A stretch of 64,000 nt of DNA from Paraphysomonas bandaiensis (taxonomy: Eukaryota > Protista > Chrysophyceae). A program made the position numbers and the translations under genes. Below are positions 37,506-49,016 of the stretch, piece after piece; within the stretch, counting starts at the first letter, position 1; every line of letters starts with the position of its first letter. Where the stretch lies: NCBI GenBank assembly GCA_965644295.1, contig CBFFRP010000146.1, positions 558,001 through 622,000 on the forward strand, written 5' to 3'. The notes below the pieces were generated by a model. That model saw only the letters and a list, made by a program, of their open reading frames with translations, searched no databases and had not been told where the DNA came from.

Positions 37506-39044
37506 CTACTTCTTTAACACTTCTGTAAGATGCTGTAATACTCTTACCATAGCCCATGTGTCGAGTTTACAATATTCTAACAGACTTTCCCTCAGACGAA
37601 TTGTATCGTCTTTATAATCTCCATTCATCATATTTGCGTATATCATGCTTGCTGTGAAGCCATCACGTATTCCCAAATCCTTGTAGCTGTTCTGTAGTTC
37701 GGGTATCGTCGCTGCTAATACGTTCTTGATGCTATACTTCCCCCCCATTAAAGGCGTGTAGTACATCTTCTTCTGAAACGGTACCGCAAGATCCACAAGC
37801 CTCCTGCGTAATCGTGATATATTGATTTCGTACTTTGGAAAGTCACGAGCCAACTCTGCCAAACGAGCATCCTCAAATGGTTTGTGGTAAACGAGCACTG
37901 ATCCTTCGTCCCCCGTATCCGCCAGAAGTCGTTCGATGAACTCAACTCTAGGATCGCCTTTTCCGTCCGCAAGGAAGCTCTTATGCTCAATGTTTCGCAA
38001 TAATTCTTGATTACTATTTTCGAAAGGCATACATTGTTTGTGAAGTGAATACTGGAAACATATATGTTGGTGAGGATGACAGCCGTCGAAGGGCGGAACA
38101 GCACTCGCGAAGGCCTCAAAGTCCATATATATCAGCGGGAAACGCATCTCTTCCAGAAACTGTTTCAGCCTTGCGCGATCAATGTGAGGGATGCGTGTTT
38201 GCTCACAGCGCACTTGAATTCGCTGGCCTTCACTAAGCTTTTCTGTCTGAGGTATATCTCGTATCTTACGTATTCCACGGGCCCAAAGATCCCATTGACG
38301 CCCTCGAGCATTACTCAAATTGAGAACGGATGATTCTTTTCCCCCATCATCATATACCCCCGCTGCTTTGTAACAATGGTCTTGATACTCGCATATATAG
38401 GGACTTGTGCAGTGAGGCCCAATATCTACTGATGGTATACTTTCGCTGTCTAAAGCAAGTGTCTGTGTATGCACTTGCATCGACACGTAATCCTGTAGAG
38501 CTCTAACAGCATGCGTCACATCAGTACTAACGAAGAGCTGTTGAACGTCTAATGCACCTTGCCTCTTATAATGCTTGTTGATGTGCATGATATGTATAGA
38601 ATCGAGATGGAGCCCAGCATGCCGCATCGTCCAGTATTGAATAGCAGCATCCAGCTTGTGCGAATCCTTTACTCTCGTGGAGCTCTTCACTTCATAAGCA
38701 CACCAACCATTGTCAGTCAGTCGTAGAATATCAACAGCCACCAGCACATTCTCTGCACGAAATGCGGCCTCATAAATAACGGGCTGTTCACGAGATACTG
38801 CTAACGATGTTTGTTCTATACTCCGAGAATAGTCAAATGCACTATCAGGAGAACAGTCGATACCACCAGGAAAGTACTTATGGGCAAGTTTTCCTATATC
38901 TACACCTGATTGAAAGAGGAGGTGCTGCGAATCACTCTGATCGGGCTTAGGTACTTGTAGTTTAGCGTGATGTTTGTGAAAATAGAGCTGCTTCAGACAC
39001 TGACAGCCCTTCGCAAAACTCGATTTAGATAAGACAAAAGCCAT
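37506..39044 (-). CDS. Bacterial-type DUF2779 protein: Cas4/RecB-like PD-(D/E)XK nuclease with Fe-S-type cysteines plus an RNase H-like domain (~512 aa, intronless)
   Basis: Start MAFVLSKSSFAKGCQCLKQLYF. Nuclease motifs 'VDIL...EVKSST' and 'AIQY', and Cys cluster 'HCTSPYICEYQDHC'. DUF2779-like 'YMDFE...VPPFDGCHPHQHICFQYSLH', 'VYHKPFE', 'LVDL', 'YSIK' and 'LLEYCKLDT'. Confidence 0.85.
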   Translation of the reverse strand: MAFVLSKSSFAKGCQCLKQLYFHKHHAKLQVPKPDQSDSQHLLFQSGVDIGKLAHKYFPGGIDCSPDSAFDYSRSIEQTSLAVSREQPVIYEAAFRAENVLVAVDILRLTDNGWCAYEVKSSTRVKDSHKLDAAIQYWTMRHAGLHLDSIHIMHINKHYKRQGALDVQQLFVSTDVTHAVRALQDYVSMQVHTQTLALDSESIPSVDIGPHCTSPYICEYQDHCYKAAGVYDDGGKESSVLNLSNARGRQWDLWARGIRKIRDIPQTEKLSEGQRIQVRCEQTRIPHIDRARLKQFLEEMRFPLIYMDFEAFASAVPPFDGCHPHQHICFQYSLHKQCMPFENSNQELLRNIEHKSFLADGKGDPRVEFIERLLADTGDEGSVLVYHKPFEDARLAELARDFPKYEINISRLRRRLVDLAVPFQKKMYYTPLMGGKYSIKNVLAATIPELQNSYKDLGIRDGFTASMIYANMMNGDYKDDTIRLRESLLEYCKLDTWAMVRVLQHLTEVLKK

Positions 39045-39388
39045 ATCTTGACTTATAGTCCTTTCCTCATGGTGTGTTGATGGTGACGGTCTACATATAC
39101 ATACAGCACATGCATATGGATAGTTGTGCAGGCAGTATATCATGAGAGTATTCCGCTGTAGATCACTCTTACAAATCAACACCTTAGAATGACAGCAGGA
39201 GCAGCAGGACGACACCAGCACGTACTTCATCATAAAGCAGATGTATGATGCAACGTGTGTGCGTCGCATGTATATATAAAATAGCTATACAGCATACTCA
39301 AGCAATAACATAGCTCTATATCTATATAGAGACCTCAGCATACTGGAAGCATAATAATATTACAAAATCCATTGAATATACACCAATA

Positions 39389-40195
39389 ATGTTCTACAAG
39401 CTTGTTTCTTTTGTTCTCCTTGGGACTGTAGCTGCCCACAGTGGACCTATTTGGGGTCACGGCGAGGATTGGGTAAATGCGAAATTAGAGAAGAACACCA
39501 CCGCCCCCGCGACATGCATTCTAGGCACCCAGAATGGCTGCTCTACCTCTGTTTGTTCAGGCCTAACAAGGTATATATTATTCGAATGGCACGTGTGTAT
39601 TTTTCTTCCGTTTATTTTGTATTTATTTATCCTTTACCACGAAATCGAATACCTAATCTAACTGTATATTAGTCAAATTGTTTCGAAGCTGGAGTCGATG
39701 GGATACGATTTTAAATCGCTTGATTCGAGTTGGATTCATTGTTCTTCGCCATGTGTGAACCAGCTTCAAGCCTCAGCTGCCGATGCTTTGAAGTCTGCTG
39801 CTATGTCGAAAAACGATTACATCACACTCAACTCTGCATTCCGCTCCTCTGCTCAGCAATACCTGTTGTATAACTGGTATAACAAGGGTATCTGTGGTAT
39901 TGGATTGGCAGCGACCCCTGGGACTTCCAATCATGAGGGTGGGCGGGCAATTGATACGTCCTACTATGACTATTGGCTCTCCACTCTGCAGTCCTACGGC
40001 TGGGTGCACTCATACCCTTCCTCTGACCCCGTGCATTTCGACTACACTGCAGCCAAGGATATTGCTCAGCAGAATCTCATTGCCTTCCAAAAGCTATGGA
40101 ACAGTAACAACCCCTCAAACACAATTGCTGAGGACGGGATTTATGGACCAGATACCTCTAATGCCCTCTATAATTCCCCCTGCGATGGTTGGTAG
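39389..40195 (+). CDS. Secreted M15 (VanY-like) Zn peptidase with a C-terminal peptidoglycan-binding domain; intron 39571-39672
   Basis: Signal peptide MFYKLVSFVLLGTVAA. M15 motifs 'NSAFRSSAQQ', 'SNHEGGRAID' and 'DPVHFDY'. PG_binding_1-like 'FQKLWN...EDGIYGPDT'. Confidence 0.85.
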
Positions 40196-41608
40196 AGAGC
40201 CTTATGTCGTATTATAACTGCTGAGTTTGGAATTCACTCAGAGTTTACGTTGAATTATTATCACTGGCGCTTGGCCGAAAAGTATATCTTATATGTCTTG
40301 GGCTCAGTATTTGCCACAATGCTATGGACATGTTTGCATTTCCACAAGTTAATAATGCCATTATTTTGATATGAAGAGCATTTGGCTATTCTTTTGAGCA
40401 CTAGATATTCAGCAAAATAGTGTTTTTAAGAGGTATATTGCTATTGTTTCTTTTGTAGAATTCTGTCTCTTCTCTCTTCAATACAGCTTTTACTTAAGAA
40501 GTCAATTTATGACTAGGTTATAACTAAAATCCATAGTAGTACGGGTGTGTCGTAAACGTAGAGATGCAATAAGTAATCTCGTAGCTAACATAAACATTGA
40601 ATTCATAATTTTATTAAAAGCGTGTGTCAGAGTAAAAACATAAGTTTCCACTGGGAAGAAAAGCGGGTCAATTGGACTAACAGGGAAAGATTCAGTATCC
40701 ACAAGTTTCACATACTAACATTCCCAAGTATCAGAAATAGATAAAATTGGGCGAGAAAAGCATGCAGTACTTAATATTCTAAGGGACCGAAAGAATGAAT
40801 ACGACTCATTCATTACTGGAGTTGGACCGAGGATCATATCTTTGTCAGCTGGTTGGCTTACTTTCAGTCCAGTGACATACCTTCGCATACCAAAAGCAAA
40901 TCCGCCTTACCTATTCATTTAAATTAACCCCAACAAACATCAAGCGTCGCTTTCGACCTATAATCTAGAATACAATATCTCAGACCAGCTTATTCTTCGG
41001 GTAGCAAAATGTTTGGCACAAGACATCAAGGTGCACCTCTAATAGCTGGAGATATAGTGTAGATGTGTGTCTATCTTATTGTTGAGATTAACAATACACG
41101 AGTGGCATATTCAACCATGTCAGGTCACTACAGCTCAGTCATACGAGTGAGCGGCTAAAACTAAAGTTTTGTGGTGTGATTCTGCTTATTTAGAGTACTT
41201 GTGTGATATGTGCACTGCGTAATCATAGGGCAGACCACTGATAGCACACCCTCCTCCCAGCCGATGTGCTGAGCTGTGCTATGGCTATATGTGGGGATTG
41301 TTCTATTCTTTTTGTTTGGAACTGCTGTAGCTACTACCCCTGCATGCCCCATTATCAAGCAGGTCTTACCACACAGCAGCAGTACAGGCAGAGTGTTGGA
41401 GCGGACAAAAAATGTAGAACAGTTTTTCCAAAACCCTGACTTTTGTACATAATCGCACGTTTTTGTGTTAATTTTATCACCTACTCTATATATTTCTACA
41501 TACTCTACATCACATCTTGTGATTTCCACTCAATTCACTCTCCACAACTATCGACATCAGTCATTGTTAAACCAGCAACAGCACAATACATCCTGCCTTT
41601 TATTTAAT

Positions 41609-42586
41609 ATGCAACACGCTGATATATTAGCACTGGCCGGACTGCGCATAGATGGGCGCAGAAGTGATGAGTTAAGAAAGATAAAGTATAAAATAGGCGT
41701 GGAGACTGATGCAGATGGATCCACTTATATGGAGCATGGCTTAAACAAAGTATTAGTTTTAGTACATGGACCTCGTGAGGAATCACGGTCCCGTGGAGCT
41801 GAAGGAATGGATAAGGTGTGATATTAATATAACGATCATTTGTGGCTAACTTGCTTTGCAGGGCTCACTAACGTGTCATGTCTGCCACACACCATACTCA
41901 AGTATAGACCGCAAACCACGTAAAACAGTAAGATTATTTAATCCACGTTTATCTAGAAGGTTTATATTTTCGTTAGGTTGACAGGCGGACACAAGAAATG
42001 GAGGGAATTCTCCAGAGTACTTTCGCTAGTGTGGTGATGCTAGAGCTTTATGCCAAATCTCAAATCAATGTAGTTATTCACGTTATTGAGTCGGATGGGT
42101 ACGAGGTGTTCATATGTATTTTTTTATTTACAGATTCTTGTATAGGTCCGTGGTGTGTACAATTATGAACGCAATTACCCTTGCTTTAATGGATGCTGGA
42201 GTGGCGATGACTGACATGGTTACGGCATGTTCAGTAGGTAGGCAACGATTGCACGGTGTACTTAATCCTTATTTGAATGTATTAGGGTATGTCAAAAACG
42301 AGGTGTGTGTGGATCTCACTCAGGTAATTTAATATTGGATTGCTCCGCAGATATTTAATGGCTCATTTTGTCGCAGTTGGAGCAAAGCTCTGGAGTTTAC
42401 CTGCCACTCGCGATTAAGGCAAGGAGTAAAGATGTTATATATTTTCAGCTAGACAGCAGACTATCACTTGAGAAGCTTCAGGTTGCCATGGAGAATGGTA
42501 CGGAGGCGTGTGGGGAAATAAAAGTTCTTCTGGAAAGTGCCATAAAGGATATGATGTCAGACGTGAAACATCTTCAGCATGCATAG
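41609..42586 (+). CDS. RRP41: Exosome complex component RRP41 (RNase PH-like), multi-exon
   Basis: 'GLRIDGRRSDELR', 'ADGSTYMEHGLNKVLVLVHGPRE' and 'NAITLALMDAGVAMTDMVTACSVG'. Confidence 0.88.
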
Positions 42587-44497
42587 AATTTTTGATCGAG
42601 CCATAAATAAATTACAATGATTTTAAATTTGAATTTTTGTATTCTTTAGTGCACAGTCCCTGACTACTACAAATACATTAACCCTATTTTGTCTCAAGAC
42701 GTGTTTATTATCCGGATTGGGTTCAACACAAAATATTAGCACTGGAAAAATATAGAAAAATAAGGAAGAAAATACCTTACATTAATTATGATATTGACTG
42801 TCCGCTGAGAGTGACTTTATTGCACTATTATAGGGAAAGCACTATGATGAGACCACTTTCAAGAGAAAGTTATCAAGCACTTCACGTTATTCTCTGTCCT
42901 TCGTCTGATGTAGTAAATCAGTATGATGTCAGTGGAAACAATACACCAAGAAGTTTGCTGGAGATTTCAAATGTCCTATTTGGAGCAGTTTGGCTTGTGC
43001 CTTTTAGGGTGTGGGTCAAGTAGTTGTCAAGATTGCTTATTTCATATCATACACTGTGTTATATAGTAATGCCAATAATTGTATACTTGGTAAGTAATTG
43101 CAATTACTGTACTGTCGTTGAATACCTCTCACCAGTCATTACAAAAACCTGATCCACACAGTATTATCGATGCGATATAGTACATATATGCGATGGTGAT
43201 GATGCCAATAACAAGAAGCCTCATTCGACCACAATTTTGAACAGTCATTAAAAAACTTACATCTGATATTCAATACCTTGCAGCTCGCAGTTGCATTTCC
43301 CTCAGTGTCCTCTGTGGAAGGGCCTGGTAAACATGAATGGGTCATATAATAATAGTGCCATTATAATTACCGGGAACTGTGGACCCATTAATGAAACTTA
43401 CAGGTGCTTGATATATACTGTGAATAATTAAGTTATTTTTAGACACATTATTATCTCTGTTCTTCGGAGAAACTCTAGACAATGTTCATGTAACTCTACA
43501 GTTACTTTGTAGCATCTTTGTGCATTATCAGCGGCAAATCGTCGTCTAGAATCGTTGCTATTCTTACGTTGTGGGATACTAATACTCTCTATGAAGCCAT
43601 GCAAGAAAATCCTGATCAGCAAATGAGTGACAAGAATGGAGATGTGTCGCTACCATTCGTAGTAATGGGGGACCACACTATCTTGTTACCCATTAATGGT
43701 TACCAGGCGCAGTTCTGTGGTACGGCTATATTATTATTTGTTGTAGCTATATATTGAGTCTTGTGGATTTATTGTTTTGGGTTAATCTAGTACAACTTCA
43801 ATTCCCTAATGTATATATTTGATTGTGATAGTATTAAATTCGGGAAAAACCTATATCTCTTGCCAGCAAGCAAGCTGCATATAGCTATACATTATAGATA
43901 TAATAATTAGAAAAGTATCATCTCTTGTCCATATTTTAAAGTTAGGCTTGTTACCCCGTAAATGTATTTATCTCTACTATGAATTTATCCGACGTTCCTA
44001 CTACAAGTTAAATAATATATCGGTGCTACTTAATTTCAATACGGATCAACTCCTTTTTTAGTTTAGTAGGAACAAATGGAAAATTGAGTAGTAGATTTAA
44101 AGTTTAAAATGACACCGCTTGTTACCCTAGTTTCAAAAGTTTCCGCTCGGGGAAATGTAGCCTTCTTATAAGACTCATGGAAATATCGATTTCGCCATAC
44201 CAATCTCACAAGTTTTCCATTTAATATTATTTTTGACTATCCTCATTTGTTATCATTTGGTGAATTGATGCCACATATGTTTATATCATTGCATGATTGG
44301 AATTCAGAAATGACAAGTTGTCTAGCAAAATAGTAGCCAATAGGATATGTAAAACGAGAAATATTATTAATTTCATTCGACTTCAAGATCAGTTTTCGTG
44401 AATATGAAAACAACGTGTATTTGAGTTATCGTGATATATAAGAAGTGAGAGCAGTAACATAGTAAATAACTCCAAGCTCTTGATATAAAATGCAGAG

Positions 44498-45938
44498 TTA
44501 TCGCTTCGTAAACTTAGCAGCCTCTTCACTTCCCTTTGTCGCATTTCCCTCGCTGTAGGCATGTGCCCCAGCTCCTGCAAGCTTTCCATTTTGCACAATC
44601 AGGTAGGGTGTCCTTTGGGGTCGCCCTGCATAGATTATCACGCATATACGCATATATATCACAATACAGTGCTATATATCTCACCAGCATAGAAATTTTC
44701 AAGAATTTCTCGGACTCCAGCAGCATAGCGAGTTTGTGCCGATAAGGTTGTACCGGAGGTATGTGGAGTCATTGCATGATAAGGCATGGTTCTCCATGGG
44801 TGGTCGTCGGGAGGAGGTTGAGGAAACCACACATCTCCTGCATATCCAGCTAGATGCCCACTCTTGAGACTTCTTGCAATGGCCTCACGGTCACAAATTT
44901 TTCCCCGTGCAGTGTTTACTATATATGCGCCTCGTTTCATCTTCAAGAGCATTTTCTCATCAAATAAATTTTCAGTCTCTGGGTGCAATGGACAGTTGAT
45001 TGTAACAACGTCACAATGTGGAACCATATCAGCAGGTGATGCATGGAAAGTGAGATTCAACTCCTTCTCGACAGACTCCGGAAGTCGGTGGCGGTCACAG
45101 TAATGTAGTTTACAGTCAAAAGGATGAAGACGGCGCAACACGGCGAGGCCAATACGACCGGCAGCTACAGTTCCAACGTGCATGCCTTCGAGATCATACG
45201 CTCGTTGAACACAGTCAGCTATATGCCAACCACCGTCAATAATAGTCTAATGTCAGGTGTTAGCACGATAACGAGGTAAAAGAGCCCAAAGTACCTGGTA
45301 AGAGGGCATGTAGTTACGCACTAGAGCCAGAATGTGCATGACAACATGTTCAGATACGGAGATGGAGTTACAGAATGTCACCTCCATGACATCAATTTTA
45401 TTTTTCATTGCAGCAGCAAGATCTACGTGATCACTTCCAATACCAGCAGTGAGAGCAAGCTTCAACTTAGGAGCCATAGCAATACGCTCTGCTGTCAAGT
45501 AGAAAGGGTAAAATGGTTGACTGATAACAACTTCTGCATCATGAAGATGCTTCTCCATTTCGCAGTTCGGGCCATCCTTATCAGAAGTGACGACAAGAGT
45601 GTGACCTTTGCTTTCTATTCCAATTATTCATGAGTTAGCTCTGATAAGTGTGTATAATAACAGTTACCTAGAAACTTTCTCAGTCCAAGTTCACCCGAAA
45701 CACACCCCAACAGATCTCCGGGATTGAAATCAATCGATTCAGGTGATGGAGCTGTTTGACCATCTGGATATTTGTCGATTGTTGGTATGGAGTCTCTCGC
45801 ATACTTAGGAGGGTATCCTGTAGTGGGATCAGGATATAGAGCGACCACGACTTTGCCTTGGACAGCCCTCGCGGTATGAAAGGCACAAATCTGAGATGTG
45901 GGACGCCTCAGAGACTTGATCATAAGAGATGACAGCAT
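44498..45938 (-). CDS. FDH: NAD-dependent formate dehydrogenase with a predicted mitochondrial presequence (4 exons)
   Basis: '[11 protein letters not shown]', '[11 protein letters not shown]', 'GTVAAGRIG', '[11 protein letters not shown]', 'GDVWFPQP' and '[17 protein letters not shown]'. Ends [10 protein letters not shown]-terminus [15 protein letters not shown] is R/S-rich with no acidic residues. Confidence 0.93.
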
Positions 45939-46552
45939 ATTAATGTTGATGTATGCGGTGTTGGTGATATAGATGTATGAGAGGAACTGAAGAATGAAGT
46001 GATCAGAACATATGTGCATTCTGGATATGGACTCATGATATCTTGGGGAAGTGCTGTATCTTCAACAGTCAAACGATATTCTTTTTCATTTTCTTGTTAT
46101 TGAAGATATCAGTTATACAACCGTATAACTGTGTATACAAGCGTATAATCTACTCTGCAACCTCCGTCTTTCACGTACGATGTATTGACCAGGAATGTAT
46201 ATCCGTAAACGGAAATATTGATCCGTAAACGGGACATTTCGTACGACACCCTGCAGTTCAATCCCACTGTCCATACAATACATGGAATACGACGTAGGAA
46301 TATCCCTCCCAAAAAAATGAAGATTCCATATTCGGTCAAGATTCGAAGTGAGGTCTGGTTTGTGTGGGTGGAGAAACGAATATTCACTTCACTTGTGATG
46401 CACTGCATACCAACGAACTTAACTGGGAACATAACTTCCAGTAGTCAATCTCTTCATTATTTGATTATCTGAACTGCAAAAGCGGTTAGTTGTCTTGCAT
46501 CACGCCAACTCTCGCATTCTTCTTTACTATCTATACCCTCTTTTTCTCCACG

Positions 46553-47968
46553 ATGAGCCAAGTTGCCACCAATGGGGCGGACTTCCCTAGTTTGGAGTTC
46601 TTTAGGTCAGGCTTGGGTCTGCCTCAAGAAATTGAGTCAGATAATTCATCAACAGACTCCAGTGACTATCCGTCACTCGAGTTCTTTCGATCGGGTCTGG
46701 GTATGAGAGGAGACGAGTCTCTTGATAACGCCTCTCGCGACTATCAGGAATCATTTAAGAAGTGTGCTGAGGAGCTCAAACATGCAGCTGACTATAAAAG
46801 CAAAGTCATTGCAGCCAGAAATGCAGTGAAGTGGGCTGTTGACTTCTTCGGAGAGAGTTTGGTCATGAGCACCTCGTTTGGCATTCAATCTGCAGTGCTG
46901 TTGCATCTCGCGACCAGCGTTAAGAATGGCATTCCCACAGTCTGGATTGACACCGGATATCTACCTCCGGAGACATACCATTATGCTCTTCACCTTAAAG
47001 AGATGCTACAGCTCAACCTGAAAGTCTACCAATCAGATATGACCCCCTCACACATGGAGGCACTGCATGGACGACTCTGGGAGAGTGAAAGTGCTGAAGA
47101 CCGTCGTTTGTACGGACTTATTCGGAAAGTGTTGCCAATGAAGAAGGCCATGCAGGAATTAAACGTTAGATGTTTGATGGTGGGCTTGCGTCGTGGACAA
47201 ACCGACCATCGGGCTCGATTGTCTATGCTTGAGGACACAGGTGAAGATGGGTGTAAGCTCTACCCACTTCTCAACTGGACCCCAGAAGATGTAGCGCAAT
47301 ACTTCGCGGAAAACTCACTTCCACCTCATCCGCTTTCTCTACAGGGATACACAACGGTTGGGGACGCACACTCCAGCAGACCAAGGACGGAGTCCGACCG
47401 CAGCGATAGAGATACTCGTTTTGGGGGCACTGGACAACAAGAGTGTGGGCTACACACTGAGGTTGGAAGCATCCAAGAGTTTGCTAGTCTTGCTGAAGGA
47501 GCACTTAAGAGCGCAATTTCAAATATTCCTTTGCCGCCCATGCCGCACACCCCATCTGATAGCATCTATACTGTCTATGGGCGTGTCAATTGCAAATATT
47601 GCCGAGCGAGCAAAGCATTGTTACAATCTCGGGGGCTAGATTTCGAAGATGTGACAGTGTTGAGAGAGCAGGATCGTGGCAACCTTCCATCAACTGGTGT
47701 GATGACTGATCTTTCCTCTCTTGTGGCGGAAGTGCGTCGCGCTCGACAAGACCATACTTACAGCGTCACCACTGTTCCACAAGTGTTCCACAAGGGCCAG
47801 CATATTGGTGGGTACACAGAGCTCTGTCAGAGTCTTGAAGTATCTGACGCAGAAAGGGAGGAGCGCTTGGCTACAGCTAGCAACCCTAGCGCTACAAATG
47901 ACGCCACATCCAGAACTAGCGAGAGCGCATCAGTTGAGATTAGTAGCGACAGTGGGGGAGAGGAGTAA
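46553..47968 (+). CDS. cysH: PAPS/APS reductase (CysH-like, no Fe-S cysteines) fused to glutaredoxin
   Basis: 'STSFGIQSAVLLHL', 'DTGYLPPETY', 'GLRRGQ', 'GYTTVGD' and 'ECGLH', then Grx motifs 'CKYC' and 'TVPQVF..GQHIGGYTEL'. Single exon. Confidence 0.88.
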   Translation: MSQVATNGADFPSLEFFRSGLGLPQEIESDNSSTDSSDYPSLEFFRSGLGMRGDESLDNASRDYQESFKKCAEELKHAADYKSKVIAARNAVKWAVDFFGESLVMSTSFGIQSAVLLHLATSVKNGIPTVWIDTGYLPPETYHYALHLKEMLQLNLKVYQSDMTPSHMEALHGRLWESESAEDRRLYGLIRKVLPMKKAMQELNVRCLMVGLRRGQTDHRARLSMLEDTGEDGCKLYPLLNWTPEDVAQYFAENSLPPHPLSLQGYTTVGDAHSSRPRTESDRSDRDTRFGGTGQQECGLHTEVGSIQEFASLAEGALKSAISNIPLPPMPHTPSDSIYTVYGRVNCKYCRASKALLQSRGLDFEDVTVLREQDRGNLPSTGVMTDLSSLVAEVRRARQDHTYSVTTVPQVFHKGQHIGGYTELCQSLEVSDAEREERLATASNPSATNDATSRTSESASVEISSDSGGEE

Positions 47969-49016
47969 CCCACTTCCTCTCTTTATCTATCTACAATAAT
48001 ATTCGAACTGGAATCTGCTCGAACTGACTTATCTAATCACAGTTCAAGTCCTTTTTACAAATGTGTGGCTGCAGCTGTACAATTTTGATAGTGTTTTCTT
48101 GTATTCTAAATAGCATCTGTGGCATGTTGAAGTCGTGTTTGATATAATGGTTGCCTTGCCTTGTAGTTGGCACGGCAGTGTATTATATAATGTACAAAGA
48201 CGTCTTACTCGTAGATGGCATGATGAAAAGCAGCCGTAATGTAATATACATGATAATATCTATATAATGCAAAGTGATATAATAATATTAACGGCAATTT
48301 AGTATTTTACATCATGTTTTAATTTTGAATTCGTGAATATATTGAATAATGGGTTATGGATGCACACATGCTGAAGTGTAGCGAATACGTGAGGCACTGG
48401 GGTTTACAAGTTACTTATTGTTTATAGTGAACTCAATAAATGAATGATGTAGAGTGGGGATTAAAGAGTTCAACAACCTTCAAGTGCAATTCACTAGTAA
48501 GGTCCACCAACCACCAAAGATTGCATGACTAATGAGTCGCATAACCAGCATTCCATCCATACTCCCTTCATCGGATGAAGTTCATCCAACTATTAAAACG
48601 TAATAGCCTTCAATTCTATTGCTTTTTCGAATCACATTCTGAACTACAATGTTATCTGTTATCACAAGATGCCCATTTGCACCCAGCAACTTCAAGGTGT
48701 CTAGATGTCATTCGCTTGCGAAAACTAGTCAACAGTTTTAGCTCCCTGCTGAATAATAATTAAAGTGCTATACACATGCTTCGTAGAACGATATCGTGTT
48801 GACAGTTTTGTGAGTGCTTTCTTGCACTTTTGGTTGTCTGTCTGTTAGTGAAAGAATAGGTTTATAAATCTATAGAATACATTGGGGATTAACCCGAGCG
48901 ATATTGGCAACCAAGACCTAACACCCCCCACCCCCCTTCTGTTTACTGAATAAAAGTATGATATTATTTACCAACGCAAGGCCCATACACTGTAACCAAA
49001 GAGCATGTAGCCGTAT

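Noticed and set aside
39045-39269. 75-aa N-terminal extension of the DUF2779 ORF in the ORF track
   Set aside because: Low-complexity, promoter-like sequence. Family-like sequence starts at MAFVLSKS (39044). An upstream exon cannot be excluded.
42800-43760. Short ORFs with hydrophobic stretches between RRP41 and FDH
   Set aside because: No recognisable motif and interrupted frames. Possibly a decayed gene, but I cannot support it.
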